The notes below the pieces were generated by a model that was given only the letters and a program-made list of their open reading frames with translations, ran no database searches and had not been told where the DNA came from. 64,000 nucleotides of DNA, taken from the NCBI RefSeq assembly GCF_009914755.1, contig NC_060925.1. One strand, given 5' to 3'. The translations under genes and the position numbers were made by a program. The stretch is from the human T2T-CHM13v2.0 reference genome, Homo sapiens. How positions within the stretch are numbered: position 1 is the stretch's first letter; each line of letters starts with the position of its first letter. Positions 45,201-59,329 of the stretch are shown here, piece by piece.

Positions 45201-48200
45201 TGAATGGAATCATCATCGAATGGAATCTAATAGAATTATGGAATGAAATCCAGTGTGATCATCATCGAATGGACCCGAATGGAATCATCATCCAACGGAA
45301 GCTAATGGAATCAACATCGAATGAATCGAATGGAAACTCCATCGAATTGAAACGAATGGAATTATCATGAAATTGAAATGGATGGACTCATCATCGAATG
45401 GATTCGAATGGAATCATCGAATGAAATTGATTGAAATCATCATCCAATGGAATCGAATGGTATCATTGAATGGAATCGAATGGAATCATCATCAGATGGA
45501 AAAGAATGGAATCGTCATAGAATGGAATCGAATGGATTCATTGAATGGAATCAGATGGAATCATCGAATGGACTGGAATGGAATCATGGAATGGACTCAA
45601 AAGGGATCATTATTGAATGGAATTGAATGGAATCATCGAATGGTCTCGATTGGAATCATTATCAAATGGAATCGAATGGAATCACCGAATAGAATCGAAT
45701 GGAACAATCATCGAATGGACTCAAATGGAATTATCCTCCAATGGAATCGAATGGAATTATCGAATGCAATCGAATGGAATTATCGAATGCAATCGAATAG
45801 AATCATCGAATGGACTCGAATGGAATCATCGAATGGAATGGAATGGAACAGTCAATGAACTCGAATGGAATCATCATTGAATGGAATCGAATGGAATCAT
45901 CGAGTGGAATCGAATGGAATTATGATCAAATGGAATCGAATGTAATCATCATCAAATGGAATCAAAAATAACCATCATCAATTGGTATTGAATGGAATTG
46001 TCATCAAATGGAATTCAAAGGAATCATCATCAAATGGAACCGAATGGAATCCTCATTGAATGGAAATGAAAGGGGTCATCATCTAATGGAATCACATGGA
46101 ATCATCATCAAATGGAATAGAATGGAATCATCATCAAATGGAATCTAATGGAATCATTGAACAGAATTGAATGGAATCGTCATCGAATGAATTGAATACA
46201 ATCATCGAATGGTCTCGAATGCAATCATCTTCTAATGGAAAGGAATGGAATCATCGCATAGAATCGAATGGAATTAACATTGAATGGACTCGAATGTAAT
46301 CAACATCAAACGGAATCAAGCGGAATTATCGAATGTAATCGAAGAGAACCATCGAATGGACTCGAATGGAATCATCTAATGGAATGGAATGGAATAATCC
46401 ACGGACTCGAATGCAATCATCATCGTATAGAATCGAATGGAATCATTGAATGGACTCGAATGGAATAATCATTGAACGGAATCGAATGGAATCATCATCG
46501 GATGGAAACGAATGGAAATATCATCGAATGGAAATGAAAGGAGTCATCATCTAATGGAATCGCATGGAATCATCATAAAATGGAATCGAATGGAATCAAC
46601 ATCAAATGGAATCAAATGGAATCATTGAACGGAATTGAATGGAATCGTCATCGAATGAATTGAATGCAATCATCGAATGGTCTCGAATGGAATCATCTTC
46701 AAATGGAATGGAATGGAATCATCGCATAGAATCGAATGGAATTATCATCGAATGGAATCGAAAGGTATCAACATCAAACGGAAAAAAACGGAATTATCGA
46801 ATGGAATCGAAGAGAATCATCGAACGGACCCGAATGGAATCATCTAATGGAAAGGAATGGAATAATCCATGGACTCGAATCCAATCATCATCGAATGGAA
46901 TCGAATGGAATCATTGAAAGGACTCTAATGGAATAATCATTGAACAGAATCGAATGGAATCATCATCGAATGGAAACTAATGGAATCATCATCGAATGGA
47001 AATGAAAGGAGTCATCATCTAATGGAATTGCATGGAATCATCATAAAATGGAATCGAATGGAATCAACATCAAATGGAATGAAATGGAATCATTGAACGG
47101 AATTGAATGGAATCTTCATCGAATGAATTGAATGCAATCATCGAATGGTCTCGAATGGAATCATCTTCAAATGGAATGGAATGGAATCATCGCATAGAAT
47201 CGAATGGAATTATCATCGAATGGAATCGAATGGTATCAACATCAAACGGAAAAAAACGGAATTATCGAATGGAATCGAAGAGAATCATCGAACGGACCCG
47301 AATGGAATCATCTAATGGAATGGAATGGAATAATCCATGGACTCGAATGCAATCATCATCGAATGGAATCGAGTGGAATCATCGAATGGACTCCAATGGA
47401 ATAATCATTGAACGGAATCGAATGGAATCATCATCGGATGGAAATGAATGGAATCATCATCGAATGGAATCGAATAGAATTATGGAATGAAATCCATTGT
47501 GATCATCATCGAATGGACCCGAAAGGAATCATCATCCAACGGAATCTAATGGAATCAACATCGAATGAATCGAATGGAAACACCATCGAATTGAAACGAA
47601 TGGAATTATCATGAAATTGAAATGGATGGACTCATCATCGAATGGATTCGAATGGAATCATCGAATAAAATTGATTGAAATCATCATCAAATGGAATCGA
47701 ATGGTATCATTGAATGGAATCGAATGGAATCATCATCAGATGGAAATGAATGGAATCGTCATAGAATGGAATCGAATGGATTCATTGAATGGAATCAGAT
47801 GGAATCATCGAATGGACTGGAATGGAATCATTGAATGGACTCGAAAGGGATCATGATTGAATGGAATTGAATGGAATCATCGAATGGTCTCGATTGGAAT
47901 CATTATCAAATGGAATCGAATGGAATCACCGAATAGAATCGAATGGAACAATCATCGAATGGAGTCAAATGGAATTATCCTCAAATGGAATCGAATGGAA
48001 TTATCGAATGCAATCGAATGGAATTATCGAATGCAATCGAATAGAATCATCGAATGGGCTCGAATGGAATCATCGAATGGAATGGAATGGAACAGTCAAT
48101 GAACTCGAATGGAATCATCATTGAATGGAATCGAATGCAATCATCGAGTGGAATCGAATGGAATTATGATCAAATGCAATCGAATGTAATCATCATCAAA

Positions 48201-50000
48201 TGGAATCAAAAATAACCATCATCAATTGGTATTGAATGGAATTGTCATCAAATGGAATTCAAAGGAATCATCATCAAATGGAACCGAATGGAATCCTCAT
48301 TGAATGGAAATGAAAGGGGTCATCATCTAATGGAATCGCATGGAATCATCATCAAATGGAATCGAATGGAATCATCATCAACTGGAATCTAATGGAATCA
48401 TTGAACAGAATTGAATGGAATCGTCATCGAATGAATTGAATGCAATCATCGAATGGTCTCGAATGGAATCATCTTCTAATGGAAAGGAATGGAATCATCG
48501 CATAGGATCGAATGCAATTATCATCGAATGGAATCGAATGGTATCAACACCAAACGGAAAAAAACGGAATTATCGAATGGAATCGAAGAGAATCTTCGAA
48601 CGGACCCGAATGGAATCATCTAATGGAATGGAATGGAATAATCCATGGACTCGAATTCAATCATCATCGAATGGAATCCAATGGAATCATCGAATGGACT
48701 CGAAAGGAATAATAATTGAACGGAATCGAATGGAATCATCATCGGATGGAAACGAATGGAATCATCATCGAATGGAAATGAAAGGAGTCATCATCTAATG
48801 GAATTGCATGGAATCATCATAAAATGGAATCGAATGGAATCAACATCAAATGGAATCAAATGGAATCATTGAACGGAATTGAATGAAATCATCATCGAAT
48901 GAATTGAATGCAATCATCGAATGGTCTCGAATGGAATCATCTTCAAATGGAATGGAATGGAATCATCGCATAGAATCGAATGGAATTATCATCGAATGGA
49001 ATCGAATGGTATCAACATCAAACGGAAAAAAACGGAATTATCGAATGGAATCGAAGAAAATCATCGAACGGACCCGAATGGAATCATCTAATGGAATGGA
49101 ATGGAATAATCCATGGACTCGAATGCAATCATCATCGAATGGAATCGAATGGAATCATCGAATGGACTCAAATGGAATAATCATTGAACGGAATCGAATG
49201 GAATCATCATCGGATGGAAATGAATGGAATCATCATTGAATGGAATCGAATAGAATTATGGAATGAAATCCAGTGTGATCATCATCGAATGGACCCGAAT
49301 TGAATCATCATCCAACGGAAGCTAATGGAATCAACATCGAATGAATCGAATGGAAACACCATCGAATTGAAACGAATGGAATTATCATGAAATTGAAATG
49401 GATGGACTCATCATCGAATGGATTCGAATGGAATCATCGAATAAAATTGATTGAAATCATCATCAAATGGAATCGAATGGTAGCATTGAATGGAATCGAA
49501 TGGAATCATCATCAGATGGAAATGAATGGAATCGACATAGAATGGAATCGAATGTATTCATTGAATGGAATCAGATGGAATCATCGAATGGACTGGAATG
49601 GAATCATTGAATGTACTCGAAAGGGATCATTATTGAATGGAATTGAATGGAATCATCGAATGGTCTGGATTGGAATCATTATCAAATGGAATCGAATGGA
49701 ATCACCGAATAGAATCGAATGGAACAGTCATCGCATGGACTCAAATGGAATTATCCTCAAATGGAATCGAATGGAATTATCGAATGCAATCGAATGGAAT
49801 TATCGAATGCAATCGAATAGAATCATCGAATGGACTCGAATGGAATCATCGAATGGAATGGAATGGAACAGTCAATGAACTCGAATGGAATCATCATTGA
49901 ATGGAATCGAATGGAATCATCGAGTGGAATCGAATGGAATTATGATCAAATGGAATCGAATGTAATCATCATCAAATGGAATCAAAAATAACCATCATCA
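15300..50000 (+). repeat. Diverged central HSat2 domain dominated by type II A subunits
   Basis: A subunits carry ATTAACATTGAATGGACTCG and AACGGAATCAAGCGG (16805, 18582, 22356, 24142, 26853, 29093, 33090, 34614, 40400, 44395 and others). B subunits mostly lack TTGACTGCA. Many more private substitutions and indels than in the flanks. Confidence 0.8.
28870..49950 (+). repeat. Large imperfect tandem duplication (copy 1 about 28870-40170, copy 2 about 40180-49950)
   Basis: Colinear variant-sharing pairs: 29093/40400 (11307), 31347/40878 (9531), 33811/43592 (9781), 34614/44395 (9781), 38624/48415 (9791), 39596/49387 (9791). Confidence 0.85.
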
Positions 50001-53000
50001 ATTGGTATTGAATGGAATTGTCATCAAATGGAATTCAAAGGAATCATCATCAAATGGAACCGAATGCAATCCTCATTGAATGGAAATGAAAGGGGTCATC
50101 ATCTAATGGAATCCCATGGAATCATCATCAAATGGAATCGAATGGAATCATCATCACATGGAATCTAATGGAATCCTTGAACAGAATTGAATGGAATCGT
50201 CATCGAATGAATTGAATGCAATCATCGAATGGTCTCGAATGGAATCATCTTCTAATGGAAAGGAATGGAATCATCGCATAGAATCGAATGGAATTATCAT
50301 CGAATGGAATCGAATGGTATCAACACCAAACGGAAAAAAACGGAATTATCGAATGGAATCGAAGAGAATCTTCGAACGGACCCGAATGGAATCATCTAAT
50401 GGAATGGAATGGAACAATCCATGGACTCGAATGCAATCATCATCGAATGGAATCGAATGGAATCATCGAATGGACTCGAATGGAATAATCATTGAACGGA
50501 ATCGAATGGAATCATCATCGGATGGAAACGAATGGAATCATCATCGAATGGAAATGAAAGGAGTCATCATCTAATGGAATTGCATGGAATCATCATAAAA
50601 TGGAATCGAATGGAATCAACATCAAATGGAATCAAATGGAATCATTGAACGGAATTGAATGGAATCGTCATCGAATGAATAGACTGCAATCATCGAATGG
50701 TCTCGGAATCATCTTCAAATGGAATGGAATGGAATCATCGCATAGAATCGAATGGAATTATCATCGAATGGAATCGAATGGAATCAACATCAAACGGAAA
50801 AAAACGGAATTATCGAATGGAATCGAAGAGAATCATCGAATGGACCCGAATGGAATCATCTAATGGAATGGAATGGAATAATCCATGGACTCGAATGCAA
50901 TCATCATCGAATGGAATCGAATGGAATCATCGAATGGACTCGAATGGAATAATCATTGAACGGAATCGAATGGAATCATCATCGGATGGAAATGAATGGA
51001 ATCATCATCGAATGGAATCGAATAGAATTATGGAATGAAATCCAGTGTGATCATCATCGAATGGACCCGAATGGAATCATCATCCAACGGAAGCTAATGG
51101 AATCAACATCGAATGAATCGAATGGAAACACCATCGAATTGAAACGAATGGAATTATCATGAAATTGAAATGGATGGACTCATCATCGAATGGATTCGAA
51201 TGGAATCATCGAAAGAATTGATTGAAATCATCATCCAATGGAATCGAATGGTATCATTGAATGGAATCGAATGGAATCATCATCAGATGGAAATGAATGG
51301 AATCGTCATAGAATGGAATCGAATGGATTCATTGAATGGAATCAGATGGAATCATCGAATGGACTGGAATGGAATCATTGAATGGACTCGAAAGGGATCA
51401 TGATTGAATGGAATTGAATGGAATCATCGAATGGTCTCGATTGGAATCATTATCAAATGGAATCGAATGGAATCACCGAATAGAATCGAATGGAACAATC
51501 ATCGAATGGACTCAAATGGAATTATCCTCCAATGGAATCGAATGGAATTATCGAATGCAATCGAATGGAATTATCGAATGCAATCGAATAGAATCATCGA
51601 ATGGACTCGAATGGAATCATCGAATGGAATGGAATGGAACAGTCAATGAACTCGAATGGAATCATCATTGAATGGAATCGAATGGAATCATCGAGTGGAA
51701 TCGAATGGAATTATGATCAAATGGAATCGAATGTAATCATCATCAAATGGAATCAAAAATAACCATCATCAATTGGTATTGAATGGAATTGTCATCAAAT
51801 GGAATTCAAAGGAATCATCATCAAATGGAACCGAATGGAATCCTCATTGAATGGAAATGAAAGGGGTCATCATCTAATGGAATCGCATGGAATCATCATC
51901 AAATGGAATCGAACGGAATCATCATCAAATGGAATCTAATGGAATCATTGAACAGAATTGAATGGAATCGTCATCGAATGAATTGAATGCAATCATCGAA
52001 TGGTCTCGAATGGAATCATCTTCTAATGGAAAGGAATGGAATCATCGCATAGAATCGAATGGAATTATCATCGAATGGAATCGAATGGTATCAACACCAA
52101 ACGGAAAAAAACGGAATTATCGAATGGAATCGAAGAGAATCTTCGAACGGACCTGAATGGAATCATCTAATGGAATGGAATGGAATAATCCATGGACTCG
52201 AATGCAATCATCATCGAATGGAATCGAATGGAATCATCGAATGGACTCGAATGGAATAATCATTGAACGGAATCGAATGGAATCATCATCGGATGGAAAC
52301 GAATGGAATCATCATCGAATGGAAATGAAAGGAGTCATCATCTAATGGAATTGCATGGAATCATCATAAAATGGAATCGAATGGAATCAACATCAAATGG
52401 AATCAAATGGAATCATTGAACGGAATTGAATGGAATCGTCATCGAATGAATTGACTGCAATCATCGAATGGTCTCGAATGGAATCATCTTCAAATGGAAT
52501 GGAATGGAATCATCGCATAGAATCGAATGGAAGTATCATCGAATGGAATCGAATGGAATCAACATCAAACGGAAAAAAACGGAATTATCGAATGGAATCG
52601 AAGAGAATCATCGAATGGACCCGAATGGAATCATCTAATGGAATGGAATGGAATAATCCATGGACTCGAATGCAATCATCATCGAATGGAATCGAATGGA
52701 ATCATCGAATGAACTCGAATGGAATCATCATTGAATGGAATCGAATGGAATCATCGAGTGGAATCGAATGGAATTATGATCAAATGGAATCGAATGTAAT
52801 CATCATCAAATGGAATCAAAAATAACCATCATCAATTGGTATTGAATGGAATTGTCATCAAAAGGAATTCAAAGGAATCATCATCAAATGGAACCGAATG
52901 GAATCCTCATTGAATGGAAATGAATGGGGTCATCATCTAATGGAATCGCATGGAATCATCATCAAATGGAATCGAATGGAATCATCATCAAATGGAATCT

Positions 53001-55599
53001 AATGGAATCATTGAACAGAATTGAATGGAATCGTCATCGAATGAATTGAATGCAATCATCGAATGGTCTCGAATGGAATCATCTTCTAATGGAAAGGAAT
53101 GGAATCATCGCATAGAATCGAATGGAATTATCATCGAATGGAATCGAATGGTATCAACACCAAACGGAAAAAAACGGAATTATCGAATGGAATCGAAGAG
53201 AATCTTCGAACGGACCCGAATGGAATCATCTAATGGAATGGAATGGAATAATCCATGGACTCGAATGCAATCATCATCGAATGGAATCGAATGGAATCAT
53301 CGAATGGACTCGAATGGAATAATCATTGAACGGAAACGAATGGAATCATCATCGGATGGAAATGAATGGAATCATCATCGAATGGAATCGAATAGAATTA
53401 TGGAATGAAATCCAGTGTGATCATCATCGAATGGACCCGAATGGAATCATCATCCAACGGAAGCTAATGGAATCAACATCGAATGAATCGAATGGAAACA
53501 CCATCGAATTGAAACGAATGGAATTATCATGAAATTGAAATGGATGGACTCATCATCGAATGGATTCGAATGGAATCATCGAATAAAATTGATTGAAATC
53601 ATCATCGAATGGAATCGAATTGTATCATTGAATGGAATCGAATGGAATCATCATCAGATGGAAATGAATGGAATCGTCATAGAATGGAATCGAATGGATT
53701 CATTGAATGGAATCAGATGGAATCATCGAATGGACTGGAATGGAATCATTGAATGGACTCAAAAGGGATCATGAATGAATGGAGTTGAATGGAATCATCG
53801 AATGGTCTCGATTGGAATCATTATCAAATGGAATCGAATGGAATCACCGAATAGAATCGAATGGAACAATCATCGAATGGACTCAAATGGAATTATCCTC
53901 CAATGGAATCGAATGGAATTATCGAATGCAATCGAATGGAATTATCGAATGCAATCGAATAGAATCATCGAATGGACTCGAATGGAATCATCGAATGGAA
54001 TGGAATGGAACAGTCAATGAACTCGAATGGAATCATCATTGAATGGAATCGAATGGAATCATCGAGTGGAATCGAATGGAATTATGATCAAATGGAATCG
54101 AATATAATCATCATCAAATGGAATCAAAAATAACCATCATCAATTGGTATTGAATGGAATTCTCATCAAATGGAATTCAAAAGAATCATCATCAAATGGA
54201 ACTGAATGGAATCCTCATTGAATGGAAATGAAAGGGGTCATCATCTAATGGAATCGCATGGAATCATCATCAAATGGAATCGAATGGAATCATCATCAAA
54301 TGGAATCTGATGGAATCATTGAACAGAATTGAATGGAATCGTCATCGAATGAATTGAATGCAATCATCGAATGGTCTCGAATGCAATCACATTCTAATGG
54401 AAAGGAATGGAATCATCGCATAGAATCGAATGGAATTAACATTGAATGGACTCGAATGGAATCAACATCAAACGGAATCAAGCGGAATTATCGAATGGAA
54501 TCGAAGAGAATCATCGAATGGACTCGAATGGAATCATCTTCTAATGGAAAGGAATGGAATCATCGCATAGAATCGAATGGAATTATCATCGAATGGAATC
54601 GAATGGTATCAACACCAAACGGAAAAAAACGGAATTATCGAATGGAATCGAAGAGAATCTTCGAACGGACCCGAATGGAATCATCTAATGGAATGGAATG
54701 GAATAATCCATGGACTCGAATGCAATCATCATCGAATGGAATCGAATGGAATCATCGAATGGACTCGAATGGAATAATCATTGAACGGAATCGAATGGAA
54801 TCATCATCGGATGGAAATGAATGGAATCATCATCGAATGGAATCGAATAGAATTATGGAATGAAATCCAGTGTGATCATCATCGAATGGACCCGAATGGA
54901 ATCATCATCCAACGGAAGCTAATGGAATCAACATCGAATGAATCGAATGGAAACACCATCGAATTGAAACGAATGGAATTATCATGAAATTGAAATGGAT
55001 GGACTCATCATCGAATGGATTCGAATGGAATCATCGAATAAAATTGATTGAAATCATCATCAAATGGAATCGAATGGTATCATTGAATGGAATCGAATGG
55101 AATCATCATCAGATGGAAATGAATGGAATCGTCATAGAATGGAATCGAATGGATTCATTGAATGGAATCAGATGGAATCATCGAATGGACTGGAATGGAA
55201 TCATTGAATGGACTCGAAAGGGATCATGATTGAATGGAATTGAATGGAATCATCGAATGGTCTCGATTGGAATCATTATCAAATGGAATCGAATGGAATC
55301 ACCGAATAGAATCGAATGGAACAATCATCGAATGGACTCAAATGGAATTATCCTCAAATGGAATCGAATGGAATTATCGAATGCAATCGAATGGAATTAT
55401 CGAATGCAATCGAATAGAATCATCGAATGGACTCGAATGGAATCATCGAATGGAATGGAATGGAACAGTCAATGAACTCGAATGGAATCATCATTGAATG
55501 GAATCGAATGGAATCATCGAGTGGAATCGAATGGAATTATGATCAAATGGAATCGAATGTAATCATCATCAAATGGAATCAAAAATAACCATCATCAAT

Positions 55600-58400
55600 T
55601 GGTATTGAATGGAATTGTCATGAAATGGAATTCAAAGGAATCATCATCAAGTGGAACCGAATGGAATCCTCATTGAATGGAAATGAAAGGGGTCATCATC
55701 TAATGGAATCGCATGGAATCATCATCAAATGGAATCGAATGGAATCATCATCAAATGGAATCTAATGGAGTCATTGAACAGAATTGAATGGAATCGTCAT
55801 CGAATGAATTGAATGCAATCATCGAATGGTCTCGAATGGAATCATCTTCTAATGGAAAGGAATGGAATCATCGCATAGAATCGAATGGAATTATCATCGA
55901 ATGGAATCGAATGGTATCAACACCAAACGGAAAAAAACGGAATTATCGAATGGAATCGAAGAGAATCTTCGAACGGACCCGAATGGAATCATCTAATGGA
56001 ATGGAATGGAATAATCCATGGACTCGAATGCAATCATCATCGAATGGAATCGAATGGAGTCATCGAATGGACTCGAATGGAATAATCATTGAACGGAATC
56101 GAATGGAATCATCATCGGATGGAAACGAATGGAATCATCATCGAATGGAAATGAAAGGAGTCATCATCTAATGGAATTGCATGGAATCATCATAAAATGG
56201 AATCGAATGGAATCAACATCAAATGGAATCAAATGGAATCATTGAACGGAATTGAATGGAATCGTCATCGAATGAATTGACTGCAATCATCGAATGGTCT
56301 CGAATGGAATCATCTTCAAATGGAATGGAATGGAATCATCGCATAGAATCGAATGGAATTATCATCGAATGGAATCGAATGGAATCAACATCAAACGGAA
56401 AAAAACAGAATTATCGTATGGAATCTAAGAGAATCATCGAATGGACCCGAATGGAATCATCTAATGGAATGGAATGGAATAATCCATGGACTCGAATGCA
56501 ATCATCATCGAATGGAATCGAATGGAATCATCGAATGGACTCGAATGGAATAATCATTGAACGGAATAGAATGGAATCATCATCGGATGGAAATGAATGG
56601 AATCATCATCGAATGGAATCGAATAGAATTATGGAATGAAATCCAGTGTGATCATCATCGAATGGACCCGAATGGAATCATCATCCAACGGAAGCTAATG
56701 GAATCAACATCGAATGAATCGAATGGAAACACCATCGAATTGAAACGAATGGAATTATCATGAAATTGAAATGGATGGACACATCATCGAATGGATTCGA
56801 ATGGAATCATCGAAGAAAATTGATTGAAATCATCATCAAATGGAATCGAATGGTATCATTGAAAGGAATCGAATGGAATCATCATCAGATGGAAATGAAT
56901 GGAATCGTCATAGAATGGAATCGAATGGATTCATTGAATGGAATCAGATGGAATCATCGAATGGACTGGAATGGAATCATTGAATGGACACGAAAGGGAT
57001 CATTATTGAATGGAATTGAATGGAATCATCGAATGTTCTCGATTGGAATCATTATCAAATGGAATCGAATGGAATCACCGAATAGAATCGAATGGAACAA
57101 TCATGGAATGGACTCAAATGGAATTATCCTCAAATGGAATCGAATGGAATTATCGAATGCAATCGAATGGAATTATCGAATGCAATCGAATAGAATCATC
57201 GAATGGACTCGAATGGAATCATCGAATGGAATGGAATGGAACAGTCAATGAACTCGAATGGAATCATCATTGAATGGTATCGAATGGAATCATCGAGTGG
57301 AATCGAATGGAATTATGATCAAATGGAATCGAATGTAATCATCATCAAATGGAATCAAAAATAACCATCATCAATTGGTATTGAATGGAATTGTCATCAA
57401 ATGGAATTCAAAGGAATCATCATCAAGTGGAACCGAATGGAATCCTCATTGAATGGAAATGAAAGGGGTCATCATCTAATGGAATCGCATGGAATCATCA
57501 TCAAATGGAATCGAATGGAATCATCATCAAATGGAATCTAATGGAATCATTGAACAGAATTGAATGGAATCGTCATCGAATGAATTGAATGCAATCATCG
57601 AATGGTCTCGAATGGAATCATCTTCTAATGGAAAGGAATGGAATCATTGCATAGAATCGAATGGAATTATCATCGAATGGAATCGAATGGTATCAACACC
57701 AAACGGAAAAAAACGGAATTATCGAATGGAATCGAAGAGAATCTTCGAACGGACCCGAATGGAATCATCTAATGGAATGGAATGGAATAATCCATGGACT
57801 CGAATGCAATCATCATCTAATGGAATCGAATGGAGTCATCGAATGGACTCGAATGGAATAATCATTGAACGGAATCGAATGGAATCATCATCGGATGGAA
57901 ACGAATGGAATCATCATCGAATGGAAATGAAAGGAGTCATCATCTAATGGAATTGCATGGAATCATCATAAAATGGAATCGATGGAATCAACATCAAATG
58001 GAATCAAATGGAATCATTGAACGGAATTGAATGGAATCGTCATCGAATGAATTGACTGCAATCATCGAATGGTCTCGAATGGAATCATCTACAAATGGAA
58101 TGGAATGGAATCATCGCATAGAATCGAATGGAATTATCATCGAATGGAATGGAATGGAATCAACATCAAACGGAAAAAAACAGAATTATCGTATGGAATC
58201 TAAGAGAATCATCGAATGGACCCGAATGGAATCATCTAATGGAATGGAATGGAATAATCCATGGACTCGAATGCAATCATCATCGAATGGAATCGAATGG
58301 AATCATCGAATGGACTCGAATGGAATAATCATTGAACGGAATAGAATGGAATCATCATCGGATGGAAATGAATGGAATCATCATCGAATGGAATCGAATA
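55600..58400 (+). repeat. Local duplication of adjacent 1.78 kb units with private variants
   Basis: CAAGTGGAACC, GGAGTCATCG, AAAACAGAATTATCGTATGGAATCTAAG and GGAATAGAATGG are shared between 55788/56256 and 57564/58031. Confidence 0.75.
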
Positions 58401-59329
58401 CAATTATGGAAGGAAATCCAGTGTGATCATCATCGAATGGACCCGAATGGAATCATCATCCAACGGAAGCTAATGGAATCAACATCGAATGAATCGAATG
58501 GAAACACCATCGAATTGAAACGAATGGAATTATCATGAAATTGAAATGGATGGACTCATCATCGAATAGATTCGAATGGATAAAATTGATTGAAATCATC
58601 ATCAAATGGAATCGAATGGTATCATTGAATGGAATCGAATGGAATCATCATCAGATGGAAATGAATGGAATCGTCATAGAATGGAATCGAATGGATTCAT
58701 TGAATGGAATCAGATGGAATCATCGAATGGACTGGAATGGAATCATTGAATGGACTCGAAAGGGATCATTATTGAATGGAATTGAATGGAATCATCGAAT
58801 GGTCTCGATTGGAATCATTATCAAATGGAATCGAATGGAATCACCGAATAGAATCGAATGGAACAATCATCGAATGGACTCAAATGGAATTATCCTCAAA
58901 TGGAATCGAATGGAATTATCGAATGCAATCGAATGGAATTATCGAATGCAATCGAATAGAATCATCGAAAGGACTCGAATGGAATCATCGAATGGAATGG
59001 AATGGAACAGTCAATGAACTCGAATGGAATCATCATTGAATGGAATCGAATGGAATCATCGAGTGGAATTGAATGGAATTATGATCAAATGGAATCGAAT
59101 GTAATCATCATCAAATGGAATCAAAAATAACCATCATCAATTGGTATTGAATGGAATTGTCATCAAATGGAATTCAAAGGAATCATCATCAAATGGAACC
59201 GAATGGAATCCTCATTGAATGGAAATGAAAGGGGTCATCATCTAATGGAATCGCATGGAATCATCATCAAATGGAATCGAATGGAATCATCATCAAATGG
59301 AATCTAATGGAATCATTGAACAGAATTGA

